64,000 nt of DNA from Basidiobolus meristosporus CBS 931.73. Taxonomy: Eukaryota; Fungi; Basidiobolomycota. Under the pieces are notes generated by a model. That model searched no databases. It was not told the origin of the DNA and saw only the letters and a program-made list of their open reading frames with translations. The position numbers and the translations under genes were made by a program. Shown here one piece after another: positions 24,783 to 36,500 of this stretch; position 1 is the first letter of the stretch, and every line of letters begins with the position of its first letter. Location: contig MCFE01000167.1 of assembly GCA_002104905.1 (NCBI GenBank), positions 1 to 64,000 on the forward strand. The letters run 5' to 3'.

Positions 24783-26017
24783 TCATCTTCTCCTGGGTTT
24801 TTTTCTCACAGGGATTACTACTGAAGCACTTGGTAGTGACTCACATTGCACACCTATACTACTTCCTGGCTGACTATCATCTTGGCTACTTGTGTATTTG
24901 TAGTCAGTATTTTGCCTCCTAGTTGATGAGTGCAATGCTACAGCTTGGCCGCGCTGAATTGCTCCAACTGAACCAACTGAACCAGCTTGTAGTGCCACGC
25001 GTTGACGAGTTCTTTTACTTGCCAAGGGCTCCAGTGGTTGAGGCACTTCATGTTGGTCATCATCAGTCAGTTCACCAGAAGTAACTTGCTGATGGTCCAG
25101 CAAAATGGCACGCGCAGACACGCCTTGACGCGTTGAGATGGCCCTTGGCTGAGTTTGATGTGATGCCACATGTTGATGCAACTTGGTCCGCTCCAATGGA
25201 CTTGTGTCTAAATGAGCAGTTTGGCAAGTTCTTGTAGTTTTGCTCTGAAGCGCGCATGTTGACCCAATGCGGGTTGACTCAATGCGCGTTGACTCAATGA
25301 GGGGCGCTCTGGTAAAGGGTGTTGGCGTAGTCTGGACTGACATGCGCTGGCGTGCTGTGGTTGCAAGAGATGGTAGGGAATCCAGCAAGGCATGCTGGTG
25401 CAATCTTGACAATGTTGCTTGCGGTCTGTATTCTTCCTCCTGAAGCTCACCATCTGATTCCTCAAGGTATTCACTTACCCTCTGTCTGATACTTTGGAGC
25501 TGTTGCCTGGATGAGTCCTGTGTATATTGCTCTTGGAAGCCACTTAGCTCTACTAATATATCACGTAGTACATTAGTCATTTGAGGCAAAAACTCATTCA
25601 AAATCTCTTTGGTTCCCAAAGTTGAGGCATGAACGGACGTGTCCGGCCTGTACTGTGCAGCTTCTTTGTCAAATCCCCTCACTCTCAGCTCATTCTTGAT
25701 TTCAATACTGTCTTGTCATATATCTTTTTACATACATTGGCTGGCATCTTGATGTAGAACTCATGCCACAGCTTTCTACTCAAATTCTTCCATCTTTGTC
25801 AACTCTCTGAGGTATCTAGCTCTGCTAGACTAATCAGTAGTGCCCAAATATCTGTATGAAGGCTCATCATAGACACTTGGGCCATACTAAAATCATTTGG
25901 CAAGAACTCAAACAGATCCAACATTGACTTCTCCGGTCCAGACCGTGCTTGTGAGCTGGGGGATGGGTTTTGTCTGGGTTGTACTAAAGATGAGTTGAGG
26001 CTTGGTATGGGGACCAT
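24783..26017 (-). pseudogene. Harbinger ORF1, Myb/SANT(trihelix)-like DNA-binding protein, disrupted
   Basis: QRWKNLSRKLWHEFYIKMPANVCKKIY resembles the Myb/SANT-like helix pattern. There is one stop near 25800 and a 1-bp frameshift near 25710 (absent in copy A); a 299-codon C-terminal part stays open. Confidence 0.65.
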
Positions 26018-26352
26018 AGCAACAAATTTGGATACTTATACAGCAGTATATTGGCATCAACCTGGTCTTATATGAAATATATATGAAAACTAATGTGATT
26101 GTTGAATTTTCCATATATTATGCATGATGCATCTTGTATTGCGTTGACACGGATCAGATCACATCAATTGCAGATTTCCCATTTGATTATAGACCTATGA
26201 TTAAAGCATCAATAAAAGTACCAAGGCATTGTTTGCGGATGATTTTTGCAACATAATGATGGGATACATGGCAATTGATGGAGATTTAACCATAATGTAC
26301 TAAAAATCAGATAAATAATGCGGATTGTGCCAAATCAATTCAAACCGCCTCC

Positions 26353-27150
26353 ATGCAATCATCCATCAATTTTAATATGACTTACTCATCTGAATGGTCT
26401 TTTCTCATCAATCCCATCACTACCACTGGATTTCCTTTTGACACACTTGAGGAGATCTATTCCAAGTACTGTGGACCATCAACCCCAATCTACTCAAGGA
26501 GATCCCTTGTTAAGCTTCTCTGCTATTACAAGAACTATTGCCCTACAAGGTTTCATCCCACCATCAATGGCAACAAAAGTCCTAGAAGCTTTCATTCCCA
26601 GCTGACAGCAATGGAGAACCACCTTGCAGAGGGTATGAATGACTTAGAGCAAGCTTGGAATACTAGGTTCAGAAGTTCTAATAGACTTACATATCCCAGA
26701 GTGTTCAGCAACAGGTTCCATATCAGGAGTATTTTGGATACCTTCCCAGTGAGGATTAACAGACCTTCTAGAGGGCAGAGGCACTTTTATTTGGGCAAGT
26801 AGAAGGCACACTGTGTGAAGTTTCAAGCACTGTCTGACATTGAGAGTAACATCATCTGGTTTAGTGGGCCATTTGCTGGAAGTAGGCATGACAAAGCACT
26901 CTGGGTAGAGAATCATCCTGAATTCAGTAGAGGGGAGAAATGTATGGCAGACTTAGCCTATATAGGAGAGGATTGTCAGAGATTAGGATGTATTACAGCT
27001 TATTGGAAGCCAAGGAATGGTGTGCTTAGCAGGAAGCAGAAGCTCTACAATGAGATATTTAATCATTTCAGAGTAAGGGTAGAGCACACATTTGGATATC
27101 TGAAGAGATTCAGCATATTGCAGGTAAATACAGAGGAAAGTCATATATAG
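26353..27150 (+). pseudogene. Harbinger DDE transposase (DDE_Tnp_4 type), one internal stop
   Basis: SILDTFPVRINRP (D1), FSGPFAGSRHD, MADLAYIG (D2), YNEIFNHFRVRVEHTFGYLKRF (E). Confidence 0.9.
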
Positions 27151-28255
27151 GAGAAAACAGCAGAATAGGTAAAATAGTTAAGATACTTATTAATGCACAG
27201 TATGTTCATACAAGAAGACATCCACTGAGAGAAATGTGTCTGGAGCATTATAAAGAGAAATAAAGAAAGGAAAGCACTATTCTGAGCAACATAAGTAAGA
27301 TTGAGTAAAATTACCAGTAACTGTATCATACCACAGGCATCATGGTAGAAATTATAGTGCCAGATAATGCTGTAGAGTGCCAGATCAATCCGGCACCATA
27401 AACAGGCTGGCACTATGTGGCACTATCCAACAGAACAAGTCTAATATCTCAGATACAATAATGTCTTAAACTCACATGAACATTGACAAAAAAATGCTAT
27501 ACTAGCACTACACTGCTGTGTGTCAAACTGTTTGCCCCATAGACAAGACTACTTTGATTTGGTGCCATAAGAGAAGAGAAAAAAGATCATGTTGCTATTG
27601 TAGCAAGCCTCTCAGCCATGAAGCATGCATAGAGGATAGGAAGTATTACAAGAATTATGGCCAATGTTTTGCCACACAAGTCATATTTGACCATTCATCA
27701 GTTGCTACTGTACCAACAATATCTTGCCAGCCACTTGATACTTCTGTACCAGCACCTGGCCATACTTGTCACCATGCTCAAGCTGAGTCAGGTGAGTTTG
27801 TGATGCCTTGAGGCTCACCCCAGCCTTCTGAATATGGCACAAAGAGTGATAGCTCTCAAGAAGCAGGCTCACTGATGGATTGTGAGCTTTGCTCCCAAAA
27901 CAACAGTACCCTGCATGAGCCTGGCACAATCCCATTATGCAATAAGACAACACCTGTAGAAAAAAATCACAAGGATACTTTATGGAATCAAGTGAGCCCA
28001 GTAATTCATCTTCTGGTTAATGATGTGATGTTATGGGTAGTGAAGTGGCATGTTTCCTCTAATATTAGTGATGGGGGCTTTGGTGATTTACTACTACCTC
28101 TTGTCAAAATCATCCTGGGATGCAACTAACCAGGTGCATGGTATAAATGGACAACAGCTGTGTGGCAGGCAACATATGACCCAGATACTGTTGTGATACC
28201 TACATGTGTTAACAGTCATATGGCAATCACTTCAGAGAATGCCAACATAGCAAGG

Positions 28256-30106
28256 TGTGGGTTATTACTGACTGTAGTTGGTGAGTTGGAGAGCTTGTAG
28301 GTCAAGTCAGTACCACTTGGATTGGCATAGCTTCCAATAGAAGGTGGCAAGGTAATAAAGACTTGTGTTTATTTTGTCCTAAATCTCCTTGTTCTCTTAC
28401 TTGGTCCAATTGGGTAGATATATATCACTTGGGGGCTTAGATAATAGACAATGTGTTATAAAATAGGGGTGTGAACACCTTCCTGTTATGGTAAGTGCTC
28501 TAACTAGATAAGGGCAGGGATAGGAGGGAGGGCGCGTGGGGGAATCATAGGGAGGATACTGGGGGACTTTGGGTAAGACTCTGGGGAGAACTCTTGGGCA
28601 AAGAGTGGGTACTATATTTAGTACTCACAGACGGTACCAGATATGTGGGTTATTACTGACTGTACTTGGTGAGTCAGGGAGCTTGTAGGTCAAGTCAGTA
28701 CCACTTGGCTCAGAATAGCTTCCAATAGAAGGTAGGAAGGTAATAAAGACTTGTGTTTATTCTGTTGTGGTGGTGCTTAAGTCCTAAGGGCAAAATACGG
28801 CCAGCACTTCTCAAGTGTGAATGTGTTTGGGGTGTTCACTGGGTGTGGTAACCTCTGGCAAAAGCTTGCTAGGAATACTGGGTCTTTTGTCTAATCCAAT
28901 GTGAAGGGGGATAAAGCCTCAAGCTTGTCAAGGGAAAACTATCAAACTACAATCCCCAACTTAGTTGGCATCTTAACAAAAGTTTATAATGGATTCAATG
29001 TCCTTTGAGATGACAATGTACTAAAGCTTCCAAAGTCAAAACAACTGTAAACTCCACCAACAGTCACTTGATAAGAGTGCAGCTTTGACCAATAGTTACA
29101 AAGACTGAAAAGTATCTTTGCCTGTACAAGAACAAACTTGGGAATACAATCAGATATAATAAAATATGCCTACACTGAGTATTCCTCACAAGTAGTGCCT
29201 CCAAGGTCAGTTGGCTGTCAGTGCAGTTTCCTAGGAGTATTGTCAGGTCTGAGTCAGAAAGTAGTGGTAATAGGTAGCGGTGATCTCACTAATCAATAAG
29301 TTGGAATATTGGAAGATGGATGATTTATCTTTAAGGGATAGCCTCCCTTATATGCTTTTTTTTGCTGCTCAAATTCTGGCTAGAAAATACTTTCTGGAAG
29401 TTTCCAGAAGGTGGTAGACAGTCAATCATATTGTTTTGTACTAAAAATAGCTCAAATTCTTGGCAGATTGTTCCATGAGACATAGTAGTACCTAGCTAAT
29501 CAGATAGTGGTAATATGAAACCTTTGTGTCATGTAGTTACCTCAAATGGTAGTAGGATAGGAGGGTTATGAAGCCAGGATGGTCACATGACAAAGGCACT
29601 GTTGGGGGTACTTGTCTTATATGGTAACTACCTTATCTTGGCATCTTGGCAAGGAATAGGAATAGCTTGTGCAATGGGTTAATAGTGACAAATAGTTTGC
29701 CAGGTCATATAGTAATAATCACATAGACAGATAGAAATTATTGCAATTTTGGATGATACCAATATAGGGGAGTACTCCTTTTTAGGGAAGTGAACATATG
29801 GGAATGAGCACATCTGCCTCTGGGTGTTACTGTGACGCCGCTATACTGTCTAAATCTTTTCTGTCCTCTTGCATGGTTCAATTGGATAGATATATATATA
29901 TCACTTGGGGGGCTTAGATAATAGACAATGTGTTATAAAATAGGGGGGTCAGCACCTTCCTGTCATGGTAAGTGTTCTAACTACATAAGGGCAGGAATAA
30001 GAGGGAGGATGCATGGGGGAATCATAGGGAGGATACTGCGGGACTTTGGGTAGGACTCTGGGGAAAACTCCTGAGCAAAGTGTGGGTACTACATTTAGTA
30101 CTCACA
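28256..30106 (-). mobile_element. LTR-PBS-LTR mini-element (third LTR family) with CAAGG TSD
   Basis: LTR 28256-28629 (374 bp), 14-bp spacer 28630-28643, then a second LTR in two parts, 28644-28765 and 29850-30106. TG..CA ends; CAAGG at 28251-55 and 30107-11. Confidence 0.85.
28766..29845. mobile_element. 1,080-bp insertion, probably a long solo LTR
   Basis: Begins TGTGG, ends GCTATA (CA to TA likely), and is flanked by CTGT direct repeats (28762-65, 29846-49) inside an LTR. Confidence 0.55.
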
Positions 30107-32199
30107 CAAGGTTCCCAGCTTGTCAGGAGTACACCACTGGGAGAAAGCATTGTTCACACTGCAGATATATTCTGGTAATACCCAATCTGAAGAAGCTCAT
30201 GCAGTTCAACAAATATTGTGAAGCTATAAAGTGCCATACTCAGAATCAGTCAAGCTTAAACATTTCCAATATATTTGATGACAAACAATACAAACAGCTA
30301 AGAAGCAAGGGTTAGTTTGAAGGTATATATGACTATGCCTTTGCCTTGGTACTTGATGGATTTTCATCAAAGATATACTCTATTAGCAAATCCTGCTGGC
30401 CATGGATTCTCATCAACTGGAATTTGCTGCTTACTTTAAGATATGAGGGCCAAAATCTGATGGTAGCCTCACTTAGCTGGCTTTTCTGAGAACAATGGAT
30501 GGTAATGCTGTCAAATGTGTGAGAATTAGGGGATTTACTCCATAAGTCAGACACATTATTATTACCCAAACACCAACACCAAGAACATTATCTTCCTGCA
30601 GAGAGAACATACTGAAGTCAGCATGCAATTGCAGTAAAGTTGGCAAGCTATAAGCCATTGGCTGGTTAATGTATTAATTGCAAACTGGATATACTCATGA
30701 GAGCAGGCATCTGTTGGAGCAAAAGCTTTTAACTGGGAGCAATCCATTTGCTTTTCAACAATATCCCTACACTTATGACCAAGTTGTATATGGGCATTTC
30801 AAGCTAAATGAGCCCTTTGAGATACTGGACAAATCTCAAATAATTGGCAAGATATTACAGAGTAACTGCTACCCTAGGTACTTTGCACAGGCTCCAATCA
30901 GTATTCATACACACATGCAACAGTCCAAGTGCTAGGGCTGCTGTACATGTAGATATCTGCCACTACTGTATCCATTATCTACTCCATATAGGTTAGAGTG
31001 TTGAGAATACTGGACCATGCTTCACCTTTTGGGAGCATCCTATAGAGCAGATGTGTGGGGAGATAGAGCAACAAGTCAAGTTGCAGGTACTACCTTATTT
31101 TTATCTTATCAAGAATATTACCTTCAACTCCCTCATGGATGTGATGAGTTGGCACATGGAGGACAGCCAGGAAGAGTGGGAAAATACTGAGGACAGATGT
31201 GAACATGGAGACACCTATGCCAATGGCATTAAGAAGCTAAGCAGCCACAATGCATGGGTAATCAGTCAAGTAATGTAAAGTTGGGTTGGGTGCATCAAGC
31301 AATTGATCTTTATAAGGAAAACTCTACCAAGGTATGCTGGATTTATCTTGGTCACAAGCCAATTTCAACACCTGGCAATACAGAACTCACACAAACAAGA
31401 GCCAGAGTGCACCTCTAAGGGGACTTGAATCCAGCAGGGGGAATGAGTATATTGGCTAAAGTCCAAAAAGTTCTTTTCCAATGTTCAGGAGGTATTCATG
31501 GCAGAAGTGGTAGCAACCAAGCATGTGTTTGCAAGATGCATATATTACCAGCAATCCAAGGTATGTGACACCTTTGCAAGTATCACATTAAAAGGCCATC
31601 AGGTTGAGGTGATAGAAGTATGTCAATTGGGACAGGTATGCATGTTTGCAGAGGTTAGTAAGCAGGAGGCAACAGTTTTTCTGATTTGAGCTGTATGTGG
31701 AATACCCAAGGTAGTAGTGGGTAAGCAAGTAAAGCAGGGTGATTTTGCAGTGGAATATATGAATTGTGCAAGGGGAGGTAGAAAAAGGACATACTATTTG
31801 TTCAATTGGTATGGCAGCATTATACAGAATTAGCTGTAGACTGCCATACTGGTGTAATAATGCCATCAGAGGCTTGTAATGTGGCCATCAAAACACCTTC
31901 AGGTTTTTAGCTACATAAGGCAACTTGATGTACTGGCCAGTTGCATTCACTCAGACAGCTGCAGAGTGCATTAAGACTGCTACAATTGCATGCCATGGCA
32001 AAACACTGCGCAAATACTGTTATATTTTTTAACTTTGTTTGGCCATAGAAATAGTTATATACTGTTTTGATCCTGTTATATAATTGTGTACAGGATCATT
32101 AATTTTAAGCTGTTGGTATTACAACAGTCTCCTGACAGTATCTTTGTGACTGATCCAGATCTAATCTTCATGCAGGACCAAATTATTTTTCATTTGGTC

Positions 32200-32480
32200 C
32201 ATATCCCAATGTATAGAGCAATAGGTTCCATATCAGCAGTATTTTGCAAACCTTCCCAGTCAGGAGTAAAAGACATTCAAGAGGCCAGAGGCACTTTAAT
32301 TCTGGCAAATACAACACACACTGTGCAAAGTTTTAAGCACTGTCTGACAATGAGGGTTACATCATCTGGTTTAGTGGGATATTTGCTGAAAGTAGACCTG
32401 AGAGAGCATACTGGGTAGCGGATCATTCAGAATTCAGTGGAGGAGAGATAATTATAGCTGACCTAGCTACCTTGGGTATT
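32200..32480 (+). pseudogene. Harbinger transposase fragment
   Basis: Colinear with 26715-26965 (AGGTTCCATATCAG...GACCTAGCTA). Confidence 0.7.
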
Positions 32481-33511
32481 CTACATATAGTTTTAATTCA
32501 AAAAAAAATATTGCCTCCTGCTTACTAACCTCTACAAACATACACATCTGCCGCACTTTGCATAATACTACCACCTCAGCTTTATGGCTTTATAGCTTGA
32601 TGCTTGCAAACATGCCAAACACTGTATATTGCTGGTAACATATATATCTTGCAAACATATGCTTTGTTGCCACCACTTCTGCCAGGAATACCTCCTGAAT
32701 ATCTGCACAGTACCTTTTGGTACTTAATCAATATATTCCTGCACCATGCTGGATTCAAGTCCCCTTATAGGTGCACTCTAGCTCTTGTTTGTGCAAATTC
32801 TGTATTGAATGATGAAGAAATTAACTTGTAACCAAGAGATGTCCAGCATACCGTGGTATAGTTTGCCTAATAGAAATTAGTTGCAGAAATATGATGTTCT
32901 TGGTGTTGGTGTTTGGGTAATAATAGTGTGTGAGAGTTATGGAGTAAGTCTCCTGGGTCTCACACATTTGACAGTAATATTGTCCCTTGTGCACAGAAAA
33001 GCCAGCTATCTTGCTGATGTCTGTGGTATCTCCAATGCAGATAATAATATGCACTTTTACATGACAGCTATTTACTGTTATTCTACTGGAAAGCATATGA
33101 AATTCTTCCAGCAATGGATACAGGTAGTTATCCAGGGTGGACAGTGATTTAGTCATAGATACCAGTGAGACTACCATCAGATTTCTGCTCTGATACTGTA
33201 AGATAAAAGCAAGTACAGATTGATCAGAATCAGTTGCCAGCAGGATTTGCTGGTAGAGTACTTGTTTAATGAGAATCCATTGTGTGCTTAGGCAAAGGCA
33301 TGGTCATAGGTACCTTCAAAGTAGACCTTGCTTCTTAGCTGTTTGTAATGCTTGCCATCAGGTATATCTGTTATGTTTGCACTTGATTTATACTGAGTGA
33401 GGTACTTTAAAGCTTCACAATACTTGTTAGACTGCAAGAGCTTCTTTGACTGCATATTATAGGAATATATCCAGAGTGTGAACAATGTTTTCCCCCAATG
33501 TTGGTGGATTT

Positions 33512-36500
33512 TGTTGTAAAAATTTGTATTTCCACCTAAATATTCACCTGACTTAATCACTTAGATCATCACCTTCAAATCCCAGAGAATACTGACCAAA
33601 TTCCTTGTTGGGATTTACTTAGAATATTGTCACCAAAGTATCAGGTACCCAGAACATGAAAATTCTCAAAGTTGTCCAAACAGCCCCAAACTTTGCACAC
33701 ATGTTCTTGGGCCCTTCCTTGACCTATTCTACGTGTTTGTAATGCCAAGACCATGTAAAAGTATAAATACTACTTTTACATTCAATAATTCATTAAGTGA
33801 AAACCACATAATTGACTGGTTCTCCCAATCACTTCCAATATCTCCAAGACTCTTACAACAGGTCATGAGCCCCAAGCTGTCACTCTCTGCAATATCTACT
33901 ACTGCTATTACTGGAATTTCTCCCTCTGCTGAAAAGTTTGATGGATCCAACTACCAAGTGTGGAAGGTGAAGATGAAGATGCTGCTACAAGAAAGAGGCC
34001 TTTGGGATATTGTCATGGGAGAAGAATGCCCTCCTAAAAACGTGGGAAAGGAAGCCTCAAATTACCAGAAGAAAGAACAAAGTGCCTTTGACTGTATTTG
34101 CCTTAATGTCAAGGACAACTTGCTAATTCAATGCTCAAGAGCAAAAACGGCAAAGAATGCCGGGAAAGCATTAGAAGAAACCTACCAGTCATGTTCAGCT
34201 GCCAAGAAAATGAATTTGAGACGAAAATTCTTTACTACAAAGATGCTACCAGGAGAAGAAATGAAAAATCTCATTAACAGAATTACCCTGGTGGTAGATG
34301 AGATGGAATCTGTGGGCATACCAACTACTGACAAGGATGTGATAGTTACCATCTTGAATAGCCTGACAGACAAGTTTCAGGGCCTTGTATCAGCCCTAGA
34401 GTCCAGAACTGCAGATTTGACCTTAAATTACATATATGGAAGGCTCCTGGATGAAGAATTAAGAAAATCAGGCACCAATAAGAAGGAAGAAGAATATGCT
34501 TTAATAAGCAATGATAACCAACAAAGGAGATACCCAAGACCCTACAAAGGCAACAGCAACCTATTTTGCAACTACTGCAAAAGGAAAGGACACACATCAG
34601 ACCAGTGTATCAAAAAGAAAGATAATCAGCAAAAGAAGCCTGAATATGGAAATGCTGCAACAACTGAAGATAGACTATTCATATCTTCACTAAATATGAC
34701 CACAAACAAGGATTCTCAGAGGTGGTATATTGACTCTGGAGCATCTCAATACTTTACACACCAAACAGAACTTTTTACCCAATATCAAGAAATTCCAATT
34801 AAGAAGGTTTTCATGGGTGACAATAGAACACTCGATGCAGTGGGAGAAGGAACTATCCAAGTAAGTCTTAGAAGCAGTGAAGGGAGCCATACACTGACCT
34901 ATTAAGAAGTACTCTATGTACCAGAAATAGCCAAGAGCCTATTCTCTGTAAGCAAGGCCACAGCAGAAGGACTCAGTTTCAGTTTTGACAATTCTGGATG
35001 CAGGATCACTGATCAAAATGGTGCCCATAGTGCTTTGGGCGTCAGAGATCAGAATCTATACAAGCTGACTTATATTCCATCATATCTGGAAGACAGTATA
35101 AGTAACTTAAATGAAGAAACACCAATGCTTTGGCACAGGAGATTTGGGCACATCAATTTTGATTATTTGTGCAAAATGATCAAAGATCCGCTAATTTCTG
35201 GAGTAAAAATTGATCCCCCAGCTAATTTAGAGCACTGTGAAGCCTGCATACATGGGAAGCAAGCCAGACAACAATTCAAGAGCTATGGGTTAATCAAAAC
35301 TAAGAAAAAGTTAGATCTAATTCACTCAGATCTGTATGGACCCATGCAAAATTTATCCTTAGGTGGGATGAAGTATTTAATCACTATTATTGATGATTAT
35401 ACAAGATATACATGAGTCTACTTCATGGTGAGAAAATAAGAAGCTCTGTCTAAGCTCAGGGAGTTTAAAGCTATGGTGGAGAGATAAACTGGTGAAAAAA
35501 TCAAGAAAATATGCTCTGACAATGGTGGAGAATATACCTCTAAATTCTTCATCCACTTCTGCAAAATTCATGGGATAAAGCAAGAGACTACTGTACCACA
35601 CTCCCCACAGCAAAATAGAGTAGCAGAACAAGCTAACAGATCAATAATTGATATGGCAAGATCTATTATCCATGATCAAAAATTATCCTATGACTTTTGG
35701 GTGGAATCAGTTGCCACTGCTGTATACCTTAAAAATAGTATTTATAGCAGAATACTTTGTGATTCTACTCCATCTGAAGCATGGTATGGATACAGACCAA
35801 GTGCAGAACATCTAAAAATATTTGCGTCTACAGTATATGCCAAAAAATTGGCGGGAAGTTAGGCAAAATTTGAGCCAAAATGTGTAAAATGCATATATTT
35901 GGGCTACAGAAATGAGAGTAAGGCATACAGACTCTACAATACCAAAGTAAAGAAGCTAATCAAGTCCAGGGATGTGTTGTTTGATGAAAATTCAAGATTT
36001 TCACAAAAAATGACATTAGATGTTGACAAAAATTTGATCTCAAGTCCACCAATTGTCAGGATTGAATCAGAGCAAAACAATGAGAATTTTTTCACTCCAG
36101 AGGACTCTACAGCCATGGTTCAGCCAGAATCAGTGCCCAGGAATATCCCAGAAGTGATCATTCCGGTGTCAAATGCCTGGAGATCCAATCATGCAAGAAA
36201 TAGCCCAAATTACTATATCAATGAGGGTACACACTTAGCCTATGCCTATTCAGTCCATATTGATGAGCCCCAGACTGTAAAAGAGGCCCTAAATAGCCCT
36301 GAGACAAAGTCTTGGAGATCTGCAATGACTGAGGAATATCAGGCCCTGATGGAAAATCAAACTTGGGACTTAGTGAAATTACCAATCAACCAAAAATCAA
36401 TTGAATGCAGATGGGTCTTAATGACAAAATACAAGGCTGATGGTACAATTGAAAGATACAAGGCAAGACTTGTAGCCAAAGGATACTCTCAAACAAAAGG

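Larger units (their letters stand above)
24051..27442. mobile_element. Full-length PIF/Harbinger copy B (3,392 bp), non-functional
   Basis: AAT|AGACTTGTTCCATTG ... CAACAGAACAAGTCT|AAT termini with an identical 3-bp TSD, enclosing two divergent ORFs. Confidence 0.9.
27518..32030 (+). mobile_element. En/Spm (CACTA, tnp2-type) transposase remnant, split by the insertion at 28256-30106
   Basis: PTCVNSHMAITSENANIAR|FPACQEY rejoins across the insertion. It continues with NIFDDKQYKQLRSKG..AFALVLDGF and a later region resembling the tnp2 C-terminus. No CACTA termini were located. Confidence 0.7.

Noticed and set aside
33733-33860. ORF-track N-terminal extension of gag (also ORF 38068-38343)
   Set aside because: It lies inside the LTR upstream of the PBS and is a chance open frame of the LTR sequence.
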